Shown here piece by piece: positions 21,972 through 34,821 of a stretch of DNA of 40,267 bases (its first letter is position 1; every line of letters starts with the position of its first letter). Source of the DNA: Nemertoderma westbladi (taxonomy: Eukaryota > Animalia > Xenacoelomorpha); assembly GCA_032718475.1 (NCBI GenBank), contig JAUCBJ010001749.1, positions 1 through 40,267 of the forward strand, written 5' to 3'. The position numbers and the translations under genes were made by a program. Below the pieces are notes generated by a model that was not told the DNA's origin, did no database searches, and worked only from the letters and a program-made list of their open reading frames with translations.

Positions 21972-24088
21972 GGTCACCTAAAGAGGCTGAAAAAAAGAGG
22001 TTGTTTATTTTTACAATATTATGATAATTTGATATGGGGTTAGTTTTATAAATTTTCATTTGCTGCAATTTGGTCAATGGACGTAATTGAAGTCTCCTCG
22101 TTAAGCAAGACACCAAATTTTATGGTAGCTAGTGTTTTAGGTAGGTTTAGCTAGTCATTTCAACACTGGTTCCGACATCCTACTTCCTTCTATAAATATT
22201 TTGTAGTGGCTAGTTCTTATTACTATTTGTATAGAAAATGTTCCAGAACATGTTGGCTATTCATTTTTTTTTTAAATTATGTTCTAGAACAAATATTTTT
22301 TGTTCTAGAACATTTTTTAGAAAAAAATCTGGATTCTATTTAAAATTCACGGAATCGTTCTAAAACGTGTTTAAATTTGGGTGCTGGTCACCTCGCCGCA
22401 CTGCCACTTCGCCGCAAGTCATCTCGCCGCAGATAATGTGCGGCGAGGTGTCTTGCGGCGAGGTGTCTCACTATAAATGCAATTTCGCCGCAAATTATCG
22501 GACACCTCGCCGCAAGTCAATATAAATCATTTATTTCTATATTTACACGAAAGCCTACTTATGGCATTGGACATTATTATAAGAAGAAATAAAATAATAC
22601 GGTAAGGTTTGTTGTTCTATTATAATTACTGTATTATATTACATGTTATCATAGATACAGTAAGACTATTTGAGTAACGTATTAGATTATAGTAAAATAC
22701 GGTCATAAAGATTCATAGAGGACTATGAATGACATATAATGAGTATTCTGACATAGAGGTCAGATCAGAATACGGTCATTGAAGTTGTTTCCATGTCATT
22801 GATTACGGTACATTGCAGCGTTACGAGTAATTCTCCAGAACACTGTTAAGTTGGCATAATGTACTGTAACAATAACTATTTACGTACATGTACAATGTAC
22901 TAAGTACGGAAACGGAAGTAAGGCAACATAATGTAATAAGGTTAATACAGTAATACTGTATGTTTATGTTAAATCTTAATTACAAATGTAATGTTCTTAG
23001 TGGATTGATATACTTATATTTGTTGTCAGTCACTTTTTTTGTTAAGAGCAAAATTATGGTCGAATTACATTTCAAATTAATTTCCATGACATTAATAATA
23101 ATCAATAATATTGCATTAAATATTATAATTTTCTTTAATTTCTTACATTACCTATTTTATTTATTTGTGTGGAATTAATATCGCACTACCAAATCGCCAG
23201 GACAAATTTAAGAAATTCCAACAAATAATTATTTATTACATGGGAAAAAAGTAGAACTTTTTTCACTATTCTCGAGGCATTTTTAATACGTTACTCAAAT
23301 ACCGGTACTCTTACTGTATCTATAATAATACAGTAATTATAATAGAACAACAAACCTTACCGTCTGACCGTATTATTTTATTTATTTTATAATACATAAT
23401 GTCCAATGCCATACTGCCATAACTAGGCTTCCCCTGTGTAAATATAGAAATAAATGATTAATATTGCCTTGCGGCGAGGTGTCCGATAATTTGCGGCGAA
23501 ATGGCATTCACAGTGAGACACCTCGCCGCAAAGACACCTCGCCGCACATTATCTGCGGCGAGGTGACCTGCGGCGAAGTGGCAGTGCGGCGAGGTGACCA
23601 GCACCCTTTAAATTTAATACAAAAAAATTTCAAAATTTATTCACAATATTTTTTTTTCACAATTTCTTTTATTGATTTTAAACTCGTTTTAGAACGATTC
23701 CATGCGTTTTAAATAGAATCCATATTTTTTCTAAAAAATGGTCTTGAACAAAAAACATTTGTTCTAGAACATATTTTTTTTTTTTAATGAATAGCTAACA
23801 GTAACATGTTCTGGAACATTTTCTATACAAATTGTAATAAGAACTAGCCACTACAAAATATTTATAGAAGGAAGTATGATGTCGGAACCAGTGCTGGAAT
23901 TACTAGCTAAACCTACCTAAAACATTAGCTACCATAAAATTTAGTATCTTGCTTAAAGAGGAGACTTCAATTACGTCCATTAACCAAATTGCAGCATATG
24001 AAAATTTATAGAACTCTCCTCAGAAATATCATTATTCTGATATTGTAAAAATAAACTGGCCTCTTTTTTTCAGCCTCTTTAGGTGACC
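21972..24088. mobile_element. Foldback-type non-autonomous element (about 880 bp without its insert), TA or CTAG TSD
   Basis: About 400-bp inverted arms starting GGTCACCTAAAGAGGCTG (21972-22376 versus about 23677-24088). CTAG at both junctions. Confidence 0.9.
22379..23606. mobile_element. Mutator-like non-autonomous element nested in the foldback
   Basis: About 300-bp TIRs starting GGGTGCTGGTCACCTCGCCGC. The 9-bp TSD TTTAAATTT is at 22370-22378 and 23607-23615. Confidence 0.92.
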
Positions 24089-24106
24089 TAGCAGGCCGTA
24101 CTGCCG

Positions 24107-26345
24107 GAGGTAGAATAAAATGTCTGTCCTTATCTGATCTGATCTGATGGCATCTGATCCTATAACCAATCAGAAGACAGAGATATAATATTGTATATAA
24201 GGTACTGTCTGACTGTCAGTTAGGTAAATAGCCAATAGGGGATCAGGTTGCTAAGTTACATCAGTAGGCCTACATAGCACCATGGATTGTGACATACTGA
24301 CATACTGCAGTACTGTTACAACGGCATACTGCAGTACTGCTGTATTGGTATGCATCAGTATTCTAGATGTATGGATGTATTCTAGTTTTATTCTAGATCC
24401 AGATGTAAACAACTTCCCTATTTTATATGAAATACTATTTTCTACTTATATTTTTATTCTAGTTTCAGATGTAAACAACTTTCGTAGCTTTAGTTGTTGT
24501 TGATACATTAAATATTTATTAAAAACAACACAACCTTGCTGCAATATTTTACTAATCTTTCTTGTTAATAGTTATCATCATTATTAATTGTTATACTTAA
24601 TTGTATTAATTATAATTATTATTATTAAATAATGATGATGACGTATCAATATATTAAATATAAAATATTTGTTTGTTTGGTACTCTAAAGGGAAGGGTTA
24701 TCACAGTCCTGGCTAACATATGTGGGGCGAGCCACGAAGTCCAGGTAAGCCTTAGCATAGCAGTACAATTAGTGAGCCGTCCGTCGTCGTTGTCGTCGGA
24801 AATGTTTGAACGCTAATAACTGTGTCGATCATGAATGAAATGGAACCAAACTTGGTACACATGTAGTCTATCAAAAGTTTAGAGATTCTACATACAGACA
24901 GACTTCTATAGTTCCTCTGTCTGCCGCTAGGGGGCGAATTGACAGAAACGTAGAAGTACTGTAATTGAAAGTATTTAAAGTGTGCTCATCCTTGTGGTTT
25001 GTTACAGAGATTGGCCCTGTACGGACCCGTTAAATTAATTTTTTTTATGTTTAACACAATGGTATAAAAAATAAAATTTCAATTATTCTGATCAATTTAT
25101 ATTGCACAAAATATGTTTCAAATATATGTACGTGTTTTATCCTGAGTCACTGTTTTGGTTTTATTGGAGTGAGAAAACTCGAAACATACTGTACTTGTTC
25201 ATTTAAGTATAAATTAGAAACGGGCCTAGCGGTGATGTGAACGTCAAACACGAATGATCACCTCTAAAAGTATCACCATCGCGTAAATAACGTACTAGGT
25301 AGGTAGAACAAAATAAAAAAAAAGTAAAAAAATACAAATAGCGAAGGCATTTCTTTGTCAATTCAATTATTATTGATTCAATTACAAATTCAAAAATTAC
25401 AAATTCAATTACAATTCGACATAAGTAATAGAATGAGCACGAATGTACGTAGACTGTTCAGTATTCAGCACTATAACTATTACATTATAAATAATCAATA
25501 AATTTCGATAATAAATCGAAATAACACACATTGCATCCATGATCTATTACACAAACGGGCCTTCGCGCAGCACGTGACATAAACGTATGTTAAGTGCCGA
25601 CTTGTTCAATTCTAGTTTCGCACAACCTGGCAAGCTGCCTTGCCTCAATATTATTTCCCCCGGGGGGGGGGGGGGGGGGGATTTATGTTCCAATTCCGTT
25701 ACTCATATTACAAACGCACAAAAAAACATAAATTTTCAACATTCATAACATGATGCCAACTTCGTTCCGACTCTGGCGAGTTCGTCCAACCTCGTTCCGA
25801 CCATAGCGGGTTGGTCCAACATCGTTCCGACTCTGGAGGGTTCGTTTAAATTTGCTCCAAACCTGGCAGGTATCTCTCTGGGTGGTTCAGCAGTGGGGTC
25901 TAGCTCCAGGCCCTGAATTAACGGCTGTCTTGTAAACTTCTCCAGTGGAGACTCAACAGGGCCGCGTCCGCGACTTCGTGTAAATGGGCGGTAGAAACCT
26001 TGCACAACCAGGTCGTGGCCCACCCAGGTTGTTAAGACTAAGGTGATAGAGGTTCCTAGCGAGTATGGACGAGTCAAAACTAGCTTAAATCATCTTGCAT
26101 CCTTACATCTTAAGTACGCTGATTCCAAATACTGTATGTGTGTTTTATCCTTAGTCACTGTATTGGTTTTATTAGCGTTATAAAACTCGAAACATACTGT
26201 ACACGTTTCGTACCTGTTCATATAAGTATAAACTAATAGGCCTACCATGTATAAACCACTAACTGCAATAAGGTGAAACAAGTGTCAGATACCGTCAGAT
26301 CAGATCAGATCAGATCAGATAAGGACAGACGTTTTAGCCGTCCTA
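24107..26345. mobile_element. Mutator-like element with 9-bp TSD and composite interior
   Basis: Inverted TAAAA(T/C)GTCTGTCCTTATCTGATCTG ends. GTACTGCCG is duplicated at 24098-24106 and 26346-26354. Confidence 0.85.
24721..24940 (+). mobile_element. HINE/Helentron-associated (DINE-1-like) fragment
   Basis: CCTTAGCATA..GTCGTCGTTG..CGCTAATAACT..AAACTTGGTA..ATGTAGTCT, collinear with the copy at 33517-33797. Confidence 0.55.
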
Positions 26346-26481
26346 GTACTGCCGTAGTATACAGTATAGTAGGCCATGCTTACACTTACACCTTCTGACC
26401 GTACTGCTGTACTGGTACCGCCTACCGGTACCAGGGTACTGCCTTACAGCATTAAGCACTAAGCAGTTCAGTTAAGCCTTC

Positions 26482-29350
26482 CAGTCAGGGAAAACATCCC
26501 CGTGGGGATATGTCAAATTTTGGCTTAATTTCTCAACCTATCCTAGTCAGGATAGATGACATATCCCCACCAGGATAGATGGCACATTTTCCATTTTTCC
26601 GGTTTGCGCAAAAATTGGTTGGATGGCTATGTATTTCTTCGGTATTACAATGATCAATAGGTTACAAAAATTGTAAAATTTCACGCCCTTGTCATTGGTA
26701 AGATTTATAAGAAGATTATAGGGGTTTTAAATTCACATTGATTTCTATCCTGCTGGGGATATTATCGATATATCCCCAGCAGGATATGTTTTATTTATAT
26801 CCTGGTGGGGATATTTTGGATATATCCACAGTAGGATATGTTTTAGAATAATATGTGTGTTTCCTATTCAGCATATCCTATTCAGGATATGCTAGGCTGA
26901 TGCTGGTGTGCGTGTTTCTTTCTACTGTATAGGATTTCGTGGGTGAAGACATTTGATTTATCTGTCAGTAATTGTTAGGCAAATTATTACGAAACTGCAG
27001 TCTGAATAATGGTAGGGCTACCGGTACTTATTAGACCCTATTACAGTACCTATTACGATAGTCTGTCAGTCTGTTCTGTACCATAATAATTCTGATTATT
27101 AATTATTTTGATAATGGCTTCCGGTGCGGTAAATATAAAGAACCACGGAAGGGCCGTGTTGAGACTTGCTTCTGTTCCAATTTATCTGATCTATGCTCAA
27201 CTGAAACTAGTGAAAATTTTTACACGAGGAATAAAATTTTCGAACTTCTTCTTTGGGTCCAAAATCCCAAAAGCTATGTTGGACCATTACATACCAGGGA
27301 GTCTATGGTAATGAATTCTGTAGATTCGTCCAAGTTTGGTGTCATGGTTAGAGCTGCCACTTCGCCTGCAGCATTTTACCCCACTCAACAGACAATCATA
27401 CAGGCATCTTCTGTAGACTTCCCTGAAGTGTCGCCGTCTAAAGATATATGTATTGCGATAGAAAACTTTCAATTTGTAGGCAAAACCTACCGCCTTTTCA
27501 ATAAGAAGGGTGTACCAATAAGCAAGGTTTGCTCAGTGATCAGCATACCTTAATTGTCAGGATTTATTAATTCAAAGGCACCCAATTCAGTTCATTGACC
27601 TAACTGGATTGGATGTAGGCGAGTGAGTGGAGGCCTTTATTGAAATTGAATTGATTGTAACATTGTTTATGTTACATTTAACTGCAACTATATTTATACA
27701 CATATACATATACACATATATATATATACATATTTGTACAGTAACTATATTTAAAATATATAATATTATATTCAGTCTGTACTGGTGTCAAAATATATAA
27801 TGCAACTATCCCCAAAGGCATAATAATTAAAGAACCCAAAAATAAAGTAAACTGAAACTAAAGGTGTAGGCCTACTAACGATTGAACTAAGTTGTCCCTT
27901 CTTCTTCCAACCAGCCAACGGAAGTTGTGAAGGGCACTCCCCTTCGCCTTCAGTAATGACTGGGGGTGATAAACCCGTTTCTTTCTAGCCAGCTAGCACT
28001 AGCAGTGGCTGATGATTCATCTGGCTGTAGTTCGTGTTGTCCACTTACTCCATCTATCTCTGACTTCATCTGTCCATCCACTTCATCTACTCCCAGCACC
28101 TCCTGTCCATCCACTCCATCTACCTCCGATATCGCCTCTCCACTCACTCCATCTATCTCCGACATCCCCTGTCCACCCACTCCATCTACCTCCAACAGTC
28201 CAACACCTCCTGTCCATCCACTCCATCTACCTCCGATATCGCCTCCCCACTAACTCCCTCTATCTCCGACATCCCCTGTCCAGTGTCCACCCATTTCATC
28301 TACCTCCAACATATCCTCTCCATCCACTCCATCTACCTCCGATATCGCCACTCCACCCACTCCATCTATCTCCGACATCCCCTGTCCACCCACTCCATCT
28401 ACCTCCAACACCTCCTGTCTGCCTGTCCACCCACTCCATCTACCTCCGATATCGACTCTCCCTCCACCAACTCCATCTCTCTCCGACATCCCCTGTCCAC
28501 CCACTCCATCTACTTCCTGTCCACCCACTCCATCTACATCCGATATCGCCTCTCCACCCACTCCAACATCCCCTGTCCATCTATATCCATCTATCCAATT
28601 AAGTTCAATCAGTCAATTTGTCTGAAGTTTAGTATGTTTACTGTATATACTGTATGCTGTACAGCTCTACTGTAGACAGATATACCAGTATCAGTGTACT
28701 GTACAGACTGAGTTGTTGAGGGACTACTACCAGACTACAGGACTACCCTTCTGTCAGCCAGGTACCGAAGTAGACTACCTATTATACCGGTTGTTATATT
28801 ACTTTCGCACAGAAGGCATTACAGCATTAAGGCTACCAACTAACATCTATGTGTCTGTACGGTATGTGTAAGCTTAGAGGCAATCCTTCTGGGGATATGC
28901 CACAAAACTTACATAAAACAAGCTACTGGCTGACTGGCAGACTGGTATATTATTCTAAAACATATCCCAAGACTGGAGATGTCCAAAATATCCCCACCAG
29001 GATATAAATAAACATGAATGAACTTTATCGTGAAACATACAGACATATCCCGCTGGGGATATGTCGATAATATCCCCAGCAGGATAGAAATCAATGTGAA
29101 TTTAAAACCCCTATATTCTTCTTATAAATCTTGCCAATGACAAGGGCGTGAAATTTTACAATTTTTGTAGCCTATTGATCATTGTAATACCGAAGAAATA
29201 CATAGCAATCCAACCAATTTTTGCGCAAACCGGAAAAATGGAAAATGTGTCTTCTATCCTGGTGGGGATATGTCATCTATCCTCACTAGGATAGGTTGAG
29301 AAATTAAGCCTAAATTTGACATATCCCCACGGGGATGTTTTCCCTGACTG
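26482..29350. mobile_element. TIR element with CAGTCAGGG ends and 5-bp TSD (unclassified)
   Basis: About 350-bp TIRs containing palindromic ATATCCCCNNNGGGATAT-like repeats. CCTTC at 26477-26481 and 29351-29355. Confidence 0.92.
28040..28600. repeat. C-rich degenerate tandem repeat (about 33-bp units)
   Basis: Recurrent CCACTCCATCTA(C/T)CTCC units. The minus strand reads EVDGVGGQ-type acidic repeats. Confidence 0.85.
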
Positions 29351-29677
29351 CCTTCAGCCTTACCAAGCAAGCAAGAAGTAAAGTAATCGTATAGGCCTAA
29401 CAGTAACAGTCAGACAGTGGACAGTAGGCCTATAATAGTCTGACAGTGTAACATGCTGAACAGCTGAATGCATAAAAAAATAGGAAATAAGATCTGAAGA
29501 TTATAGGTTATCACTGTTTTACATTTCAGAATTTAGCAGTTTAGTAAACTTCTGAACTTCAAACTTATGAAAATAAACTGATAAATGTCCCCTCATGATG
29601 CTGCCCCTCTGCCCCTGCCATGCGCAATGCCAGTATGCCCTACACCCTAACTCAGTAACTGCTGAACTGCCTACAGG

Positions 29678-31139
29678 CAGTTAGGTACAATGGCCAAATC
29701 TGGCAATGATTGTGATTGCCATATTTGGCAACCAAGCAAAATCTGGCAACATTTCTGATTGCCTGATTTGGCAACTATATAAAGCCGTTGTTGCCATATT
29801 TGGCAACTTAACTAACTCATTGAATATGGATTATATGGTTCTGCATCATTAAGTCCTTCTATGGTCAGATGGTAGTATGGTCAGATGGTCATTCCTTAGA
29901 TCCTGAAATGTTAATGTTAGGCCTAGAAAAAAGGCAGAGGCTGGGTAGGGCCACGTTACAGGTTATACTTAACTTATACCAGTCAGCCAGTAGTCTGGTA
30001 GTGGCATATTCTAAGTTCTAACCAATACAGCAATATATCCTAATAAATGAGGTGAGAATGAGAGTCAATAACACAAACACAGACTGACTGGTGATAGTTT
30101 TTTTGCTTTTTTGACATTTTTGCTAGCCATCTCTCGCGCTGCTTGGGGAGGTGATTGATTGTTGTTTATACCAATAATAGTTTAGTAGTTAAAGATTGTA
30201 ACTGTGTAATGCTGATACAATTGCCCAGCAATCTAAATCATCCTTCACTCTATATCAGTTCAGTATATCTATCTTTCCATTCCTACATCAGTACATACAG
30301 ACATATAATAAAAATAATTTCATCCCGTTTTTCATTAGCTGATTACAGATTAGGGCCTACTAGTAACAATTTGTTGAATCCCTTAACCTGCCTGTTAACA
30401 CGCGTTTTGGTTTTCTCAGTCTTTCTAAATTTTGACACTATTTTTCTTACGTCACGCCGTTTCTCAAACTTTAGGCTAATGCCCCCTTGCCTTCTTGCTG
30501 CCTTTTGGTGATGTCAACGTTCTGTCTGACGTTGTCAAATATTATTACGTTTATTTCCATTTTGCAGCCTTTGAAGCATGTGATTCTTTAGATTTGTTTA
30601 TGCCTATACCATAGGGCCTATACCAGTCTACCAGTACGGTATCTGTTACAGACTCATCCATCTGTCCATTAACATATTAACAATAGGCCTAACAACATAT
30701 CAAATAGGCCTACATTCTGACATTTCATCAACTAATAATGTTTATAAATCATCACAACTCGACAAGGGTAAGCAAGCAGTTAGCAATTTTGAAGTAATTT
30801 ATACAATGTCAGGGTTACTGACAGGGCTGCACAATAATAATTGTTGCCAAAAATGGCAACCATTATTTTTCTTTAATTCTAATGGTTGCCAAAAATGGCA
30901 ATAATTATTTTAGGCACATTTCGGCCTATTGCTAAGAGAAATTCAGACGATGATTTTTTTTCTTATACGGTCAATTATATTTAAATTTCGCGCTCTTTTC
31001 ACTTAACTATTTACCAAAATGCGATTTTGCTTCTGGGCTTGCGAAAATTAGAAAAACCAAAAGTTGCCAGATTTGGCAATAAACATTGCCATATGTGGCA
31101 ACTTTTGAGGTTGCCAGATTTGGCCATTGTACCTAACTG
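29678..31139. mobile_element. TIR element with CAGTTAGGT ends and 5-bp TSD (unclassified)
   Basis: Perfect 29-bp TIR CAGTTAGGTACAATGGCCAAATCTGGCAA with subterminal TTGCC..TGGCAA palindromes. ACAGG at 29673-29677 and 31140-31144. Confidence 0.92.
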
Positions 31140-32264
31140 ACAGGCCTACAGACTGACAGAACAGCTAACATCCAACACAGTCTGACAGTACTGCAGTAAC
31201 AGATGACAGACAGACAGAGTGAGGAGTAACGTAACGGCTAACACTGTTCAGAGTTCAGCTGTTACCTAGTTACTGTAGGGTAGGTGTCAGGTGTAGGCGT
31301 GTAGCAGGTAGGCCTGGCCTACAGCCCAGCTGTGCGTATCTCTGTATCTGTCATTTGTGCACAGCCTACCTGCCTCAGTCAGTCAGTGCCTACGTCTAGG
31401 CCTGGCTAGTGGCTACAGCGTACTGCTGTACGGATACATGACCGTACGTAATCAGGACCGAATATAACATAGTTATTACGTATCGAACGTAACCGCAATT
31501 ATGTTACATTGGATCCTATAACTATGAACTATGTTACATTCGATCTACAAATTACTAAGCTCGAATGTAACATCTGAACATTGCCATTTACAGATTTAAA
31601 GGCTGAAAGGAGCAGGTTACAGAGGCATGTAGCGTGTAGGGCAGTAGGGAACATACCCTTAAATAAGCTCCAAAACTGGGTTCTTATTTAAGGAAAATGG
31701 CTCTTATTTAGCCTTTTTTGGATATTTTTTCGACATAATATGCAAGAACTTGTTTCAGGTAAAAATACGGCATAATTTTATTTCACAATATAAAAGTTGG
31801 GTCTTTCTTGAACATAATGCAAAAAACCAGAAAACATTTCACCGTCCGGTTTTTTTTCTACAAGCGTTTTAAAATTGCATCAAAAATACGACCAGTTCCT
31901 AAATAAGAGGGATTTTTTAAATTTACCTTATTTAAGACATCGAAATTGTACACATAAATACTAAAAGTCCTTAAATAAGAACTTTTTGACATGGGTTTCA
32001 TATTTAGGTATACAATTTCATTCCAAAATCTGCATACTCCTTAAATAAATTAAATATTTCTCATTTCTCAAATATTAAATTAAATAAATTAAATTAAATA
32101 TCCTTATATAATGTCTCTTATAACCTCGTCTCCCAGCCCCGTCCTCCTTCTGCCCTTAACTGCTTATGACAGTTATGTATGACCTAACTGCCTAACCTTT
32201 ACAGGACATTGCAAGATGCCGAGATAAGGGAGCTTCTGAGCTTAATTTGATAGGTGCAAAAATG

Positions 32265-33495
32265 CACAACGAGCAACAATGACCAACAACGAGCAACAAA
32301 TGAACAATGAGTAACAAAACAACGAGCAACAATGAGCAACAACAAGTAACATTGAGCAACAATGAGCAATACTAAAGTACAACAATGAGCAATAATGAGG
32401 AACAACGACTGAACGAGCAACAATGAGCAACAACGAGTAACAATGAGCAACTACAGAACTACGAATACTGCGAGTAACATTGAGCAACAATGAGAAACAA
32501 TGAGCAACAACGAGCAAAAATGAGCAATACTGCAATAATAAAGTACAACAACGAGCAACAATGAGCAACAGCGAGAAACAACGAACAACAATGAGCAATA
32601 ATGAGGAACAACGACTGAACGAGCAACAACGAGCAACAATGAGCAACAACGAGTAACATTGAGAGACAACGAGCAACAATGAGCAATAATAAAGTACAAC
32701 AACGAGCAACAATGAGCAACAACGAGAAACAACGAGCAACAATGAGGAACAACGACTGAACGAGCAATAATAAAGTACAACAATGAGCAACAACGAGTAA
32801 CAATGAGTAATAATGAGCAACAATGAGCAATAATAAAAGTACAACAACGAGCAACAACGAGAAACAACGAGCAACAATGAGGAACAACGACTGAACGAGC
32901 AATAATAAAGTACAACAACGAGCAACAACGAGAAACAACGACCAATAATTAGGACATGAGGAACAACGAGTAACAATGAGCAACAATGACAATGAGTAAC
33001 AACGAGTAACATTGAGCAATAATAAAGTATAACAACGAGTAACATTGAGCAACAACGAGCAACAATGAGAAACACTGAGCAACAATGAACAATAATAAAG
33101 AACAACAACGAGCAACAATGAGCAACAACGAGAAACAACGAGCAATAATGAGCAACAACGACTGAACGAGCAACAACGAGTTATATAGAGCAACAATGAG
33201 CAATAATAAAGTACAACAACGACTGAACGAGCAGCACCGAGTAATATTGAGCAATAATAAAGTACAACAACGAGAAAAAATGAGCAACAATGAGGAACAA
33301 CGATTGAACGAGCAATAATAAAGTACAACAACGAGCAACAATGAGCAACAACGAGCAATAATAGAGTACAACGAGCAACAACGAGCAATAATAAAGTACA
33401 ACTAACGAGCAACAATGAGCACCAACAAGCAACAATGAGCAACAATGAGAAATAATAAAGCACAACGAGCAGCAATGGGCAACAACGAGCAACAA
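32265..33495. repeat. Strand-asymmetric low-complexity satellite, AACAA(C/T)GAGC-type units
   Basis: Degenerate 10-bp units with recurrent AATAATAAAGTAC and GACTGAACGAGC variants. Confidence 0.95.
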
Positions 33496-33516
33496 ACTGC
33501 GTCGAACCGGATTGAA

Positions 33517-33797
33517 TGTGGGGGAGAGTCACGTTCAAGTGAGCGAAACCTTAGCATATGGGTGCTATTAATATTAACGAATTGTCTGTCGTCGTTGTAA
33601 ATTTTTTATCGCTAATAACTCGGTCATTCTTTGATGAAATTAAACGAAACTTGGTATGTATGTAGTCTGTCAAAAGATTATAAATATTAAAATTAAGGAG
33701 ATGAGTATTGTGTTGAACGACCTCTGACTAACGAAAGACAACATGTTAATGGGGTGGGGCCCCTATCAGCTAGGGCTAGCTAAGGCTTTGCTCACTT
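33517..33797 (+). mobile_element. HINE/Helentron-associated element
   Basis: Inverted AAGTGAGCGAAACCTTAGC (33537-33555) / GCTAAGGCTTTGCTCACTT (33779-33797). GTC microsatellite and AAACTTGGTA core. Confidence 0.6.
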
Positions 33798-33913
33798 CAT
33801 GCTGCGTAAAGGTCCCACGAACGTGTCCCACTGCGGCCTGAGCCAGTTGAGCCAAAAACGTCACCCAGTCATCATCTTTAACCTTCTAACGTCTATCAGC
33901 TGCCCGACGGAAC

Positions 33914-34821
33914 CCAGGTTGGAATTCATGCTGCAAAACTCGGACGCGTACCTGCGCGAATGACCGCAAACCAGATGCGCGTTGCGCGTTTGGGTGAGAC
34001 AGGTGCGCGTTCGGGTGTGAGACAGGTGCGCGTTGCGCCTCAGCGCGCAGCTCTGCCTCTGATGCGCACCACAAATTAATTGAAATCACGAAAATACACA
34101 AAAAAATTTCGCTCGCTGCGCTCGCATTAGTTTCTCATTTACAATTCTTCAAACAGTCAAATCACTTCACCATAATACTGTAATACCGGCAACCGGCAGA
34201 CCGGAGCTGAATTTGTCTATTTATTTTAACTACAGTACTCTATTGTTGTATTGTTATTAGGTCTATGCTATGCCGATGTTACGTTAGTAAACAGGTAAAG
34301 TCAGAAAGTAACAATGTATTATAAGTATGACTTAATTATAAGCCAACTGTATGTTTAAGCCTAATTGTTAGGTAGGCCTATACAAAGTATTATTGGCAGA
34401 CTGGTACCTATTTCAATATTCGTTTTTTTGAAATTACCGGTACATGTTTTGTTTGTGATCTAAAATAATATTTTCTGTTATAAAAGCAGTGAGCCCGATG
34501 GGCCACCATAGTAGTGGATTAAAAAAATATTTTTTAATATTAACAATTTTGATGTTGCAAAAATTACATTTATTATGTAAGCCTAGATTCAACGTAGACA
34601 GACAGACGTAACGATAAGCTTAAAACGCTCAAACTTGTAAAATAGGAATGTAAAATTGTTCTTATGAACTGTGCGATTTTTTGAGATATGCATGACATGA
34701 GCTGCGCGATTTTGTTTGGATTATGACATATGATGAGGTGCGCGACGAGCCAATTTCAGGTGCGCGGTGATTTCAAAACAACAAAGCGTACCTGCGCGCT
34801 CATGCATGAATTCCAACCTGG
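33914..34821. mobile_element. hAT-like non-autonomous element with 8-bp TSD
   Basis: 18-bp TIR CCAGGTTGGAATTCATGC. GACGGAAC at 33906-33913 and 34822-34829. GC-rich TGCGCG subterminal motifs. Confidence 0.85.

Noticed and set aside
26482-26500. RAG/Transib RSS-like terminus
   Set aside because: The 5-bp TSD fits, but the ends are CAGT rather than CAC and no heptamer-nonamer pattern is evident.
32199-33538. Long hydrophobic Cys/Leu/Val-rich ORFs on the minus strand
   Set aside because: Open in all three frames because the satellite strand is poor in stop codons; not credible membrane proteins.
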